In this document: positions 53,551-62,447 of the stretch, in pieces
Layout: every line of letters begins with the position of its first letter
How positions within the stretch are numbered: position 1 is the first letter of the stretch
From: Clostridia bacterium
GTDB taxonomy: Bacteria > Bacillota > Clostridia > Oscillospirales > CAG-382
Direction: 5' to 3'
Assembly: GCA_017434845.1 (NCBI GenBank)
Contig: JAFSGD010000023.1
Location: 1,631 to 65,630 of the forward strand
Length of the DNA stretch: 64,000 nt
Notes under the pieces: model-generated
Told to the model about the DNA's origin: nothing
Seen by the model: only the letters and a program-made list of their open reading frames with translations
Database searches by the model: none
Position numbers and translations under genes: made by a program

Positions 53551-53580
53551 AAAACGGAGCGAGCGCTCCGTTTTTTGCGT
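53551..53580 (+). terminator. Rho-independent terminator after the GH20 gene
   Basis: AAAACGGAGC-GAGC-GCTCCGTTTT followed by TTGCGTTTT. Confidence 0.8.
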
Positions 53581-53659
53581 TTTCATACAAAATAACGTTC
53601 CCGTCTGTTCGTGGGTTTTAAAAAACGCGCTGTTGCATGTTAACAAACGAAAGTTTTTC

Positions 53660-53688
53660 TTGATAAAGTGTAACTGATATGATAGACT
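53660..53688 (+). promoter_or_regulatory. Candidate promoter (TTGATA-17-TGaTAGACT)
   Basis: TTGATA at 53660-53665 and TAGACT at 53683-53688. Confidence 0.45.
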
Positions 53689-53727
53689 AAACACGAGGAA
53701 TATTACACGAAAGGAGTGTATCTATCC

Positions 53728-56187
53728 ATGACATTAAGAAAACGTTATTTTGCAATGGTTCTCTGCCTTTGCTTGTTGGCGGTAAGCCTTTTCGGCTGCG
53801 TCAGCGGAGGCGGCGAATCATCCGTTGCCGAATCCTCGGCGATTTCCGAATCGAGCGAAGTATCGGAGGTAAGCACCGAGCCTCAAAAAATCGACGGTAA
53901 AGAGCCCTACGAAAAGGCTGTGAAGGCATTTAAAGAATTAAAGGATTTTACCGTTGAATATAAGAGTAACGTAACTATTCAGGCAACATCCTTTACAACC
54001 ACCGAGGAGATTGAAGCAAGCGAAACCGTTTTAAACAACGGAACGCAGGATATGCGTGCGCTTTTTGAATATAAGACGGTTTTTGACGGCGAACGCGAGG
54101 TTGAAGAACGCTATATATACGGCTACGGAAAACTGTTTCTTGAATACGACGGCTATTCGTTTATGTCCAACGTATCATATTCCGATTTTTCCGAGTATTA
54201 TGTTTTCGGCAGCTATCGCGAACACGTCAGCGGTTATCTTGATTCCGAAAATTACGCAGATATTTATATTTTGGATGAATCGACCGAAGAAGAAAGCAGA
54301 AAGATCTATTTTTCCGAGCCGAAAGCGCCTGAAGATTGGGTTGATTACGATAACGACAGGCTTTTGGAATGCGAGGCGAGTGCGGTTATAGATGCCGAAG
54401 GTATGCTTTCGGCGATAACCTATTATGTAAAGCTCGATAATGATGAGTTTATAACCGAATATTCGGCTGAATATAAATTTGCGGAAATTAAGGGCGAAAA
54501 ACCCAAAATATCACTTCCCGAAGACGAAAAGCTCTTTGAAAAAGTGGATTACGTCGATGCAATTCCTATTCTCGATAAGGTTCTCACTAATTATAAAAAC
54601 CTTAAAATATATGAAACAAACAGGCATTCGGTGCTTATCAGCGAAGCATTGGGATATTTCGAGCAGAGCGACTCGAACGTTCAGTTCTTTGATTATGATT
54701 CCGAATTTGCATATTCAAACACCTTGACCAAACGATTCAATATATATAGCTTTGAAGATAAAAAGTATCATGCCTACGCCAACGCATCTCAATTTAAGGT
54801 CATCGGCGATGAACGAACAACGCTTACCGATTCCGGCGAGATTACCGATAAGATCAGCAAAGAGGATATAGAATCGGTAAAGAAGAACGAGGATTATTCG
54901 TTTGAATTCGGAATACCCGATCTGGCAGATATTGCAAACATATCCTACGATTTTATTGATGGCTACGTTTCCTTGCGGATCGTTGCAACGGAGGCGGCTG
55001 CCGATACCTTCCTCAAAGAGCTTTATTCGGTTACTGCCTATGATCTTTCGTTGGTCGAGACCGTTGCCGATGAATTCAGAAACAACGTTTTTGAGTATCA
55101 TATAACGGCGGATTATAAAACATATATGCCCACCGGAATATATACCCATTTTCTCGGAAGGTATATCGACGATAAAAACGAAGGAAAGTTTGAATTTGAT
55201 TGTACTTCCGCTATCGTCTCTCAAAGTCCCGAAACCTACTATAATATAACCGAAAAATATTATCCCGCGTTTGATCAAGAGCCCGATGATGAAGAAAAGG
55301 CAAAGCCTTTGCTTTATAAGGTAACAGGCGAAAACGGGGAAGAACTTTGGCTTTTCGGAACGATACATGCAGGTGATAACCGAACCGCTTATCTGCCCGA
55401 AGAGGTATATTCGGCGTTTGATTCCGCCGATGCGGTTGCGTTTGAAGTTGATATTATTGATTTTACCGAAAAGGTCAAAAATGACCCCGAAATGGCAGAA
55501 AAATATATCAGAACGTATTTTTATACCGATAACACTATATTTTATGAACATATCGACGAGGATCTGTTTTGGGAAGCCTACGGTATAGGTGTCATGCTGG
55601 GGTATTTATCGGATTCGGCAGAATACAGTGCCGCGTATATGACCATGAAGCCCTATGCATTCTCAAATCTGATTACCGATCAATACCTAAAGCACACTCA
55701 GCGCTACGGAAGCGGTAAGGGCGTTGACGTCAGGCTGTTGCGTCGGGCAAAGGAAAACGGCAAAAAGATATACAACATTGAAAAAGTCGATCGCGAGTTT
55801 AATTTGATCGGATCTTTCTCGGATGAGCTTCATGAAGTTCTGCTTAAAGAGACTGTCAACAGCGGCCGCGAAGGCTACGTTGAGGATTTTAAAAAGCTTT
55901 ATCGAATTTGGCTTAACGGTGATATCGAAGCGTATAGAGAATATATGAAAGAGGCTCAGGACACAGAGGGGTATACCGAAGAGGAGCTCAAAGCCCTGGA
56001 AGAGTATACCAAAGCGCTTATGCAAGACCGCGATGCTCAGATGCTTGAAAAGCTCAAAGGCTATCTCGAAAGCGGCGAAACCGTCTTTGCGGCGGTGGGT
56101 CTTACCCATCTTCTTAATGAGGATACCGGCCTTGTCGAAACCCTTGCGGAAGCAGGCTATACCGTTGAGCTCGTTGAATATAAATAA
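53728..56187 (+). CDS. Large lipoprotein with C-terminal TraB/GumN-family domain
   Basis: Lipobox LAVSLFGC. A roughly 500-aa N-terminal region with no family I recognise. The C-terminal part has the GumN/TraB motifs LWLFGTIHAGD and AAVGLTHL. Visibly more AT-rich than its neighbours. Confidence 0.65.
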   Translation: MTLRKRYFAMVLCLCLLAVSLFGCVSGGGESSVAESSAISESSEVSEVSTEPQKIDGKEPYEKAVKAFKELKDFTVEYKSNVTIQATSFTTTEEIEASETVLNNGTQDMRALFEYKTVFDGEREVEERYIYGYGKLFLEYDGYSFMSNVSYSDFSEYYVFGSYREHVSGYLDSENYADIYILDESTEEESRKIYFSEPKAPEDWVDYDNDRLLECEASAVIDAEGMLSAITYYVKLDNDEFITEYSAEYKFAEIKGEKPKISLPEDEKLFEKVDYVDAIPILDKVLTNYKNLKIYETNRHSVLISEALGYFEQSDSNVQFFDYDSEFAYSNTLTKRFNIYSFEDKKYHAYANASQFKVIGDERTTLTDSGEITDKISKEDIESVKKNEDYSFEFGIPDLADIANISYDFIDGYVSLRIVATEAAADTFLKELYSVTAYDLSLVETVADEFRNNVFEYHITADYKTYMPTGIYTHFLGRYIDDKNEGKFEFDCTSAIVSQSPETYYNITEKYYPAFDQEPDDEEKAKPLLYKVTGENGEELWLFGTIHAGDNRTAYLPEEVYSAFDSADAVAFEVDIIDFTEKVKNDPEMAEKYIRTYFYTDNTIFYEHIDEDLFWEAYGIGVMLGYLSDSAEYSAAYMTMKPYAFSNLITDQYLKHTQRYGSGKGVDVRLLRRAKENGKKIYNIEKVDREFNLIGSFSDELHEVLLKETVNSGREGYVEDFKKLYRIWLNGDIEAYREYMKEAQDTEGYTEEELKALEEYTKALMQDRDAQMLEKLKGYLESGETVFAAVGLTHLLNEDTGLVETLAEAGYTVELVEYK

Positions 56188-56203
56188 AACTAATCAATAA
56201 AAA

Positions 56204-56233
56204 GAAAAATCGGGGCAAGACCCCGATTTTTCT
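56204..56233 (+). terminator. Rho-independent terminator
   Basis: AAAAATCGGGG-CAAGA-CCCCGATTTTT. Confidence 0.85.
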
Positions 56234-56262
56234 TTACATAATGGGCATAAATGTGGTAAAAT
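56233..56262 (+). promoter_or_regulatory. Candidate promoter for the PHP gene (TTTACA-18-TGgTAAAAT)
   Basis: TTTACA at 56233-56238 and TAAAAT at 56257-56262. Confidence 0.5.
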
Positions 56263-56298
56263 ATCTATGCTGTAATATAAACTTCAAGGAGCAAAGCA

Positions 56299-56997
56299 AT
56301 GGGATATATTTATGATCTTCACGTTCATTCAAAGGAATTAAGCGGCTGTTCTTCAAGCGCGGTTCGCGATATGGTAAGGGCATATAAAGAATCGGTCTAT
56401 TCGGGTTTCGTTCTCACAAATCATTTTTCGGGAAGGACCAATCCGCTTCTCGGCGAGGTTTCGTGGGAAGAAAAGGTAACTGCATATTGGAACGCCTATC
56501 TCGACGGCAAACAGCTTGCCGACGAGCTTGGGGTTGATATGTTTTTCGGCTTGGAATACGGCTACGGCATGGCGCAGGAGATTTTGCTTTACGGCATCGA
56601 CGTCGATTTTCTTCTTGCGCACCCCGACCTTTGCGATAACACGCCCGAACAGCTCACTGCGCTGGTTCAAAATTCGGGCGGCTTCGTATCTCATGCCCAC
56701 CCGTTCCGCAATAGGTTCTATGTTCCCAAGGACTATAAGCACATGGACTTGACCTGCCTTGACGCGATTGAGATATTCAACGCGGGTAACATGGAGCTTG
56801 ACGATGCAAAGGCGGTTATTCGTTGCAACGAGCTCGGTTTGAAAATAACCGCGGGCAGCGATATGCACCATTGCGAGCTTCTTGCAACCACCCTAAACGG
56901 CGGAATCGAGTTCCCCGAGCGCGTAACCACCAACGCCGAGCTTGTTGCCGCGCTTAAATCGGGCGAGGGCAAGCTTTATCGCCACGGAACCAGATAA
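56299..56997 (+). CDS. PHP-domain metal-dependent phosphoesterase
   Basis: N-terminal YDLHVHS and the later HAHPFR and GSDMHH His clusters. Confidence 0.75.
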   Translation: MGYIYDLHVHSKELSGCSSSAVRDMVRAYKESVYSGFVLTNHFSGRTNPLLGEVSWEEKVTAYWNAYLDGKQLADELGVDMFFGLEYGYGMAQEILLYGIDVDFLLAHPDLCDNTPEQLTALVQNSGGFVSHAHPFRNRFYVPKDYKHMDLTCLDAIEIFNAGNMELDDAKAVIRCNELGLKITAGSDMHHCELLATTLNGGIEFPERVTTNAELVAALKSGEGKLYRHGTR

Positions 56998-57022
56998 ATT
57001 ATCGAAAAACGATAAAAAACTA

Positions 57023-57051
57023 TTGACAAACATTAATATGCGTGGTAATAT
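57023..57051 (+). promoter_or_regulatory. Sigma-A promoter (TTGACA-17-TGgTAATAT)
   Basis: TTGACA at 57023-57028 and TAATAT at 57046-57051. Confidence 0.6.
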
Positions 57052-57092
57052 AGGGATGAAACGGAAATCAATTCGAAAAACGGAGGTCTGTT

Positions 57093-57575
57093 ATGCCCAA
57101 GATTTCTAAAAAGGCATCGGTGATGCTTTCGATCGTTTTAGCCTCGGCTTTCATTGCAATAATTGCCGCGCTTGCGGTGGTTATGCCGTTTGCGCTTTCC
57201 GATTCAAGCCCCACGCGTGATTTTATCGACGTTCTCGCAAGCGAAAGGCTTGGCGCCGAAAACGTTGTTGCGGTATTTCTTGTTTGGGGCTATTGCGTTC
57301 TTGCCGATGCGCTTGCCTGCTGTGTTGCGGTGCTGTTTTTGCTTATTCGCGTGCGCAACGGGCTTGTTTTCACCGAAATAAGCGTTTCTATCATTCGCTT
57401 TGTTTCTTGGTGCTGTTTAATTCTTGCAGCGATAATCCTTTTTGCTCAGGTTTTCCACCCGACAGCGTTTATTTTTGCACTTGCCGTTGCGTTTTTGGGA
57501 ATCTGCCTCAGAGTTGTTAAAAACGTTATCGAGGCGGCAACCGCGATAAAGAACGAAAACGATCTTACGGTTTGA
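57093..57575 (+). CDS. Four-helix membrane protein, DUF2975-like
   Basis: 160 aa with four hydrophobic segments, immediately upstream of a YozG-type HTH gene. This pairing is recurrent in Firmicutes. Confidence 0.55.
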   Translation: MPKISKKASVMLSIVLASAFIAIIAALAVVMPFALSDSSPTRDFIDVLASERLGAENVVAVFLVWGYCVLADALACCVAVLFLLIRVRNGLVFTEISVSIIRFVSWCCLILAAIILFAQVFHPTAFIFALAVAFLGICLRVVKNVIEAATAIKNENDLTV

Positions 57576-57588
57576 GAGGTGGCGTTTT

Positions 57589-57804
57589 ATGATCATAATC
57601 AACCTCGACGTTATGATGGCAAAGCGAAAAATGTCGCTTAACGAGCTTTCCGAGCGCGTCGGAATAACTCTTGCCAACCTTTCGATATTAAAGAACAACA
57701 AGGCGAAAGCAATTCGCTTTTCAACGCTTGATGCAATCTGCCGTGCGCTTGATTGCAGTGTTGAGGATATTATCGAATACAGAAAGGAGCAGGGTAATGA
57801 ATAA
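57589..57804 (+). CDS. Small XRE/Cro-type HTH regulator (YozG-like)
   Basis: NLDVMMAKRKMSLNELSERVGITLANLSILKNNKAKAIRFSTLDAICRALDC; 71 aa. Confidence 0.85.
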   Translation: MIIINLDVMMAKRKMSLNELSERVGITLANLSILKNNKAKAIRFSTLDAICRALDCSVEDIIEYRKEQGNE

Positions 57805-59392
57805 CGATTTCAACCCGATCTACACTCCCTCGCCTTCCGAAAGCGAGCCCGTGCAAAGCCGCTTTACCGTCGGCGAAAGCTTTTTTGCATGGTTCTGCGT
57901 GCTTGCGGGCTATTTGTTCTGCCGTGCGTTTCCGCCAACCGAAAATCCGATCGGAATGTTTCTTGTTTTCATAATCATCTTGATCGCAACCGTTATAGTG
58001 CTTGCAACAAGAAAATTCAAATTCGGCTCTTCGGCTGTTGTTTCGGCGATCATGTCGGCAATAACGGCAGGTGCGGCGGTATTCACCTCGGTGGATTTCG
58101 TTCAGATAATCGGTTTTCTCTGCTCGGGAATAGCCTATGCCTATTTCATTTATTCGGCAACTGGCAACCGCTTGGAAAACGGAATGTCCGATCTTCTGCC
58201 CATTGATCTTCTTAAAGCGCTGTTCCTTCTTCCGTTTTCCTGCTTTGTAAGGCTTTGGGTTGCAATGTTTTCGGGAAGACGCGTCGGCTGGAAGTTCGTT
58301 TTAAAGGCTTTTATCGGCTTTGCCGTTGCAATAATTCCCACAGCAATAGTAATTTCGCTTCTTTCCTACGACAGCGCGTTCACCGAGCTTTTCGATAAAA
58401 TTTTCTCGTTCATCGAGGATTTCAACGTTTTCTCGCACATGGGCTCGCTTCTTCTCGGCGGCGTGGTCGCAATGTACGTTTTCGGTCTTTATTCGGCATC
58501 CGCAACCAACAAGCTGAAGGATGCATTCAAAGCCGAAAGCTGCCATAATGCCGCTTCAAAGCTTCATTTTGCACCGGTTTTAACGGTTGGTGCGGCGCTG
58601 TTGCCCTTGGCTTCGGTTTATGTAATTTTCTTTATCTCGCAAATGGATTTCTATCTTTCGGCGTTCAAGGGTGTTCTTCCCGACGCTATCGGTTATGCCG
58701 ATTATGCCCGCAACGGCTTTTTCGAGCTTTGTGCGGTTTCGGCGATAAACCTTGTGGTTCTTGCGGCGGTTTCGATGTTCGTTCGCCGTGAGGGCAGGGG
58801 CGGAAAGCTGTTTTTGAAGATAGCATCTGTGGTTCTTTCGCTGATGACGCTTGCACTTATTGCGAATGCCGCGGCAAAGATGGTTCTTTATATCAAGCGC
58901 TACGGCTTAACCGAGCGCCGCGTTGAAGCATCGTGGTTTATGGTGCTGTTGGCGTTGATATTCGTGCTTATCATCTTCAAGCAGATATTCGCACAAATGA
59001 AAATCATTTCCGCTTCTGCGATATCAACCGCGCTTATGCTTTCGGTTTTGCTTTTCTCCGATTATAATGCGATCATCGCCGATTATAACGTTGATAATTA
59101 TATTTCGGGCGATTTGCAGGAGGTTGACGTCGATGCGCTTTACGAGCTCGGCTCGCCCGCTGTTCCGGCACTTGTTCGCCTTGCCGAATATAACGATTCC
59201 GAATTCGGAACCGATATCGCAAACGATGTGAATAATTGGCATTTCTTTGTCGAGCATCCCGATCATTATGAGATAGTGTTCTATATCAGAGCATTTAACA
59301 ACGATATCGATATCGAAAACACACCGTTCACCGCGTTAACCGTTTCCGATATAAAAGCGAAAAAGGCATTGAACGATTATTTGAACAAATAA
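57797..59392 (+). CDS. Polytopic membrane protein (DUF4153/DUF4173-like)
   Basis: About 531 aa and multi-TM. ATG 57797 overlaps the HTH gene stop. The family assignment is from memory of typical neighbours and is not verified. Confidence 0.5.
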   Translation: MNNDFNPIYTPSPSESEPVQSRFTVGESFFAWFCVLAGYLFCRAFPPTENPIGMFLVFIIILIATVIVLATRKFKFGSSAVVSAIMSAITAGAAVFTSVDFVQIIGFLCSGIAYAYFIYSATGNRLENGMSDLLPIDLLKALFLLPFSCFVRLWVAMFSGRRVGWKFVLKAFIGFAVAIIPTAIVISLLSYDSAFTELFDKIFSFIEDFNVFSHMGSLLLGGVVAMYVFGLYSASATNKLKDAFKAESCHNAASKLHFAPVLTVGAALLPLASVYVIFFISQMDFYLSAFKGVLPDAIGYADYARNGFFELCAVSAINLVVLAAVSMFVRREGRGGKLFLKIASVVLSLMTLALIANAAAKMVLYIKRYGLTERRVEASWFMVLLALIFVLIIFKQIFAQMKIISASAISTALMLSVLLFSDYNAIIADYNVDNYISGDLQEVDVDALYELGSPAVPALVRLAEYNDSEFGTDIANDVNNWHFFVEHPDHYEIVFYIRAFNNDIDIENTPFTALTVSDIKAKKALNDYLNK

Positions 59393-59396
59393 AGCG

Positions 59397-59426
59397 AAGC
59401 CCGAGGAAAGCGCTTTCCTCGGGCTT
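59397..59426. terminator. Bidirectional terminator between convergent genes
   Basis: A perfect 15-bp palindrome arm pair AAGCCCGAGGAAAGC / GCTTTCCTCGGGCTT. Confidence 0.8.
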
Positions 59427-59434
59427 GAACTCTT

Positions 59435-60130
59435 TTATAGAATATTTTTAATTTCGCCGAGCGATGAAACGGTATAATCGGGCTTCGGCTCCTTTGAAAG
59501 ACCGAGTTTTTCCGAAATAACGATCTTGCCGTAATTGAACCAGCAGGTCTTGAAGCCGTTTTCGGCACCGCCGATGATATCTGCGGTGAGCGAATCGCCG
59601 ATAATGATTATCTCCTGCCGCGAAAGCTCGGGCAGAAAAGCCATACAGCCGTTGAAAAAATCTTTCGAGGGCTTCGGGTGTCCGATAAGCCCCGATGTGA
59701 AGATGCTCTCAAAATATTTCGCCAATCCCGCAAGCTCAAGTCGGTTTGTCTGTTGGCTGTGCGGTGCGTTGCTCGTAACGAAAAGTCGGTATTTTCCCGA
59801 AAGGTATTTTAAAATATCCTCGGCACCGTCAACCTTTTCGGAGCTTATCGAAAGCGCTTCTTGGAAATCCCGCTCGAACTCTATTCCGTCGAGCTCAATT
59901 CCAAGCTCGGCGAAAATGAGGTTGAACCTTATTTTTTGAAGCCCCTCTCGCGTAAGCTCACCTTTCTCGATTCTGCGCCAAAGGCAATCGTTTATACGAA
60001 CGAAAACCTGCTGTAATCGGGCGGGGCTTTTCATTCCGCGTAATTCGAACGCCTTTTCCATCGAGGTAAAGGCGCATTTGTTAAAATCGAGCAGAGTGTT
60101 GTCAATGTCGAAAAAAACGGCTTTTATCAT
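59435..60130 (-). CDS. HAD-superfamily hydrolase (YjjG/nucleotidase-like)
   Basis: The DxDxT motif FFDIDNTLLDF and later SN...K...GDS motifs. The ATG overlaps the ung stop (TAATG). Confidence 0.8.
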   Translation of the reverse strand: MIKAVFFDIDNTLLDFNKCAFTSMEKAFELRGMKSPARLQQVFVRINDCLWRRIEKGELTREGLQKIRFNLIFAELGIELDGIEFERDFQEALSISSEKVDGAEDILKYLSGKYRLFVTSNAPHSQQTNRLELAGLAKYFESIFTSGLIGHPKPSKDFFNGCMAFLPELSRQEIIIIGDSLTADIIGGAENGFKTCWFNYGKIVISEKLGLSKEPKPDYTVSSLGEIKNIL

Positions 60131-60804
60131 TATTCGATCTCCCAGTTGATCTCTTTTTGCCCTACCGAGCGCAAAAATTCGTTGCATTTGGAAAAATGAC
60201 CGCAACCGAAAAATCCGTTATAGGCAGAAAGCGGGCTCGGATGGGGTGCTTCGAGAATTAAATGGTGCTTTGCGGTGATAAGGCTTTTTTTCGCCCGAGC
60301 ATAGCCGCCCCAAAGAATAAAGCATATAGGCTCCTTGCGCTCGTTTAAAAGCGAAATAGCCTTGTCGGTGAAGGTCTCCCAGCCTTTTCCGCGATGGCTT
60401 CCCGCCGAAGAGGCGCGCACGGTCAGAACGCTGTTAAGAAGCATAACGCCGTTTTGTGCCCATTGCGTAAGCTCGCCGTGGTTGGGCGGCGTGATGCCGA
60501 GGTCGCTTTGAAGCTCCTTGAATATGTTCACCAAGGAGGGCGGCTTTTCAACGCCCTTTTTAACCGAAAAGCAAAGCCCGTGCGCCTGACCTGCGCCGTG
60601 GTAGGGGTCCTGCCCGAGAATAACGGCACGAACCGAATGGTAATCGGTATATTTGAATGCGTTGAAAATATCGTTCATTTCGGGATATATCGGAACGCCC
60701 GAGGCAAGATATTCCTTTTTTAAAAACGCGCGAAGCGTTTTGTAATATTCTTTTTCGGCTTCGGGAGCAAGAAGCTTATCCCACGAATTATCGAATTTAA
60801 ACAT
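60130..60804 (-). CDS. ung: Uracil-DNA glycosylase
   Basis: GQDPYHGAGQAHGLCFSV and HPSPLSA motifs. Confidence 0.95.
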   Translation of the reverse strand: MFKFDNSWDKLLAPEAEKEYYKTLRAFLKKEYLASGVPIYPEMNDIFNAFKYTDYHSVRAVILGQDPYHGAGQAHGLCFSVKKGVEKPPSLVNIFKELQSDLGITPPNHGELTQWAQNGVMLLNSVLTVRASSAGSHRGKGWETFTDKAISLLNERKEPICFILWGGYARAKKSLITAKHHLILEAPHPSPLSAYNGFFGCGHFSKCNEFLRSVGQKEINWEIE

Positions 60805-60875
60805 GGCACGCTCCGTTTTAACTTTATTGTTATTATATTATATCATTATCTATGGCAAAATCAATAGAAAAATCG

Positions 60876-60904
60876 TTGACAAACGGCTTGATTTTAGGTA
60901 TCAT
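60876..60904 (+). promoter_or_regulatory. Sigma-A promoter for mgtE (TTGACA-17-TATCAT)
   Basis: TTGACA at 60876-60881 and TATCAT at 60899-60904. This implies a leader of roughly 165 nt. Confidence 0.55.
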
Positions 60905-60942
60905 AAATATAATACCGAATTTATAAGAGAGGTGAACTATCA

Positions 60943-61005
60943 ATGGATAACCCGCGAAGTCAAGGCATTAAACCAAAAAGTATCTGCGCGGGCGGAATCC
61001 GTTGA
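60943..61005 (+). other. Candidate 20-codon leader ORF (MDNPRSQGIKPKSICAGGIR) in the mgtE 5' leader
   Basis: The ATG is preceded by GAGGTGA at 8-nt spacing. The ORF runs through both arms of predicted leader helices. There is no other support. Confidence 0.2.
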
Positions 61006-61037
61006 TGTTTTTTCTGTCCGCGTGAATTTGGTGTAAT

Positions 61038-61070
61038 GCCGTGCTTCCTAAAAAAGAAAGGAGGGACGGC
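61038..61070 (+). promoter_or_regulatory. SD-sequestering hairpin in front of mgtE
   Basis: GCCGTGCTTCCT (61038-61049) pairs with AGGAGGGACGGC (61059-61070): 11 of 12 pairs, including 1 G-U, with a 9-nt A-rich loop. The 3' arm contains the mgtE SD, and the ATG is at 61076. Confidence 0.5.
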
Positions 61071-61075
61071 GTTTT

Positions 61076-62431
61076 ATGGAGATAAAACAGCTTTATGAAC
61101 AGGTCGCCGAATATCTTGAACAGGGCGACTATCAGGCTCTGCGCGCGCTTCTTGCCGAGCAAGAGCCCTTTGATCTTGCGCTCGTTTGCGAGGAGATCGA
61201 AGAGGAAAAGCTTCCTCTTGTTTTCAGACTTATGTCTAAAACCCTTGCGGCAGAAAGCTTTTCCGAAATGTCGGCGGACATTCAGGAATCGCTTATCCGC
61301 CGTTTGAGCGATACCGAGCTTAAAAGCGTGTTGGATGAGCTTTATATCGACGATACAGTTGATATTATCGAAGAAATGCCCGCCAACGTCGTTAAGCGAA
61401 TTCTTGCAAACAGCGATCCCGATTCTCGCGAGCAGATAAACACGATCCTAAACTACCCCAAAAACAGCGCGGGCAGTATAATGACGGTGGAATATATCCG
61501 TTTGGAACGCAATATGAGCGTTGCCGACGCCTTTGTGCGCATTCGCCGCCAGGGCACCGAAAAGGAAACGATATACACCTGCTACGTTACCGATTCCAAC
61601 AAAACTCTTGTTGGCGTCGTTACCGCCATGCAACTTATGCTGAGCGATACCGATATGCTCATTTCCGAAATAATGGAAACCAACGTTATTTCGGTAACCA
61701 CCGATGAGGATAGGGAAGAGGTTGCCCGAATGATGAGCAGCTACGACTTCCTCGCAATGCCGGTTGTCGACCGTGATAACCGCTTGGTCGGCATTGTAAC
61801 CATCGACGACGCGATCGACGTCGTTTTGGAAGAGGCCACCGAAGACGTTGAGATAATGGCAGGTATAACCCCTTCCGATAAGCCTTATCTTAAAGCGGGG
61901 GTTTTCGAAACCTGGATAAAACGCATTCCCTGGCTTATGCTTTTGATGCTTTCGTCAACCTTCACGGGCGCAATAATATCCAACTACGAGGAATCTCTTT
62001 CAAAGCTTGTTATTTTAACCGCATTTATTCCGATGTTGATGGGAACCGCGGGTAACGCGGGCGGTCAAACCTCGGTAACGGTTATTCGTGCGCTTTCGCT
62101 CGGCGACGTAGCTCCCGGTGATATATTGCGCATTCTTTGGAAAGAATTTCGCGTTTCGTTTCTTTGCGGTGTTTCGCTTGCGATCGTCGGCTATGGCAAG
62201 GCGGTCTGGCTCGACGGCGCCGATCCGCTCGTTGCGCTGGTCGTAAGCTTAACTCTTCTTGCAACCGTTATTGCCGCAAAAACGGTCGGTTGCTGCTTCC
62301 CCGTGCTTATAAAACGCCTTGGGTTCGATCCCGCCGTTGTTGCAAGCCCGTTTATAACAACGGTTATCGACGCTTTGGCGCTCGTTGTATATTTTGCGGT
62401 GGCAACCGCGCTTATTCCCGCTTTGAATTAA
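61076..62431 (+). CDS. mgtE: Magnesium transporter MgtE
   Basis: MgtE N-domain, tandem CBS domains, and a 5-TM C-terminal domain (PMLMGTAGNAGGQT, ASPFITTVIDA). Confidence 0.93.
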   Translation: MEIKQLYEQVAEYLEQGDYQALRALLAEQEPFDLALVCEEIEEEKLPLVFRLMSKTLAAESFSEMSADIQESLIRRLSDTELKSVLDELYIDDTVDIIEEMPANVVKRILANSDPDSREQINTILNYPKNSAGSIMTVEYIRLERNMSVADAFVRIRRQGTEKETIYTCYVTDSNKTLVGVVTAMQLMLSDTDMLISEIMETNVISVTTDEDREEVARMMSSYDFLAMPVVDRDNRLVGIVTIDDAIDVVLEEATEDVEIMAGITPSDKPYLKAGVFETWIKRIPWLMLLMLSSTFTGAIISNYEESLSKLVILTAFIPMLMGTAGNAGGQTSVTVIRALSLGDVAPGDILRILWKEFRVSFLCGVSLAIVGYGKAVWLDGADPLVALVVSLTLLATVIAAKTVGCCFPVLIKRLGFDPAVVASPFITTVIDALALVVYFAVATALIPALN

Positions 62432-62447
62432 ATTTTCGGAGGTAATA

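Noticed and set aside
60803-61036. A 77-aa plus-strand ORF across the ung-mgtE intergenic region
   Set aside because: It starts inside the ung start region and runs through the mgtE promoter and leader. It has no SD and a hydrophobic, low-complexity translation. It is most likely spurious.
60905-61075. M-box (ykoK) Mg2+ riboswitch expected upstream of mgtE
   Set aside because: I could not find the conserved M-box core sequences by eye, so I do not annotate one. This is a visual judgement only, and a covariance-model scan is needed.
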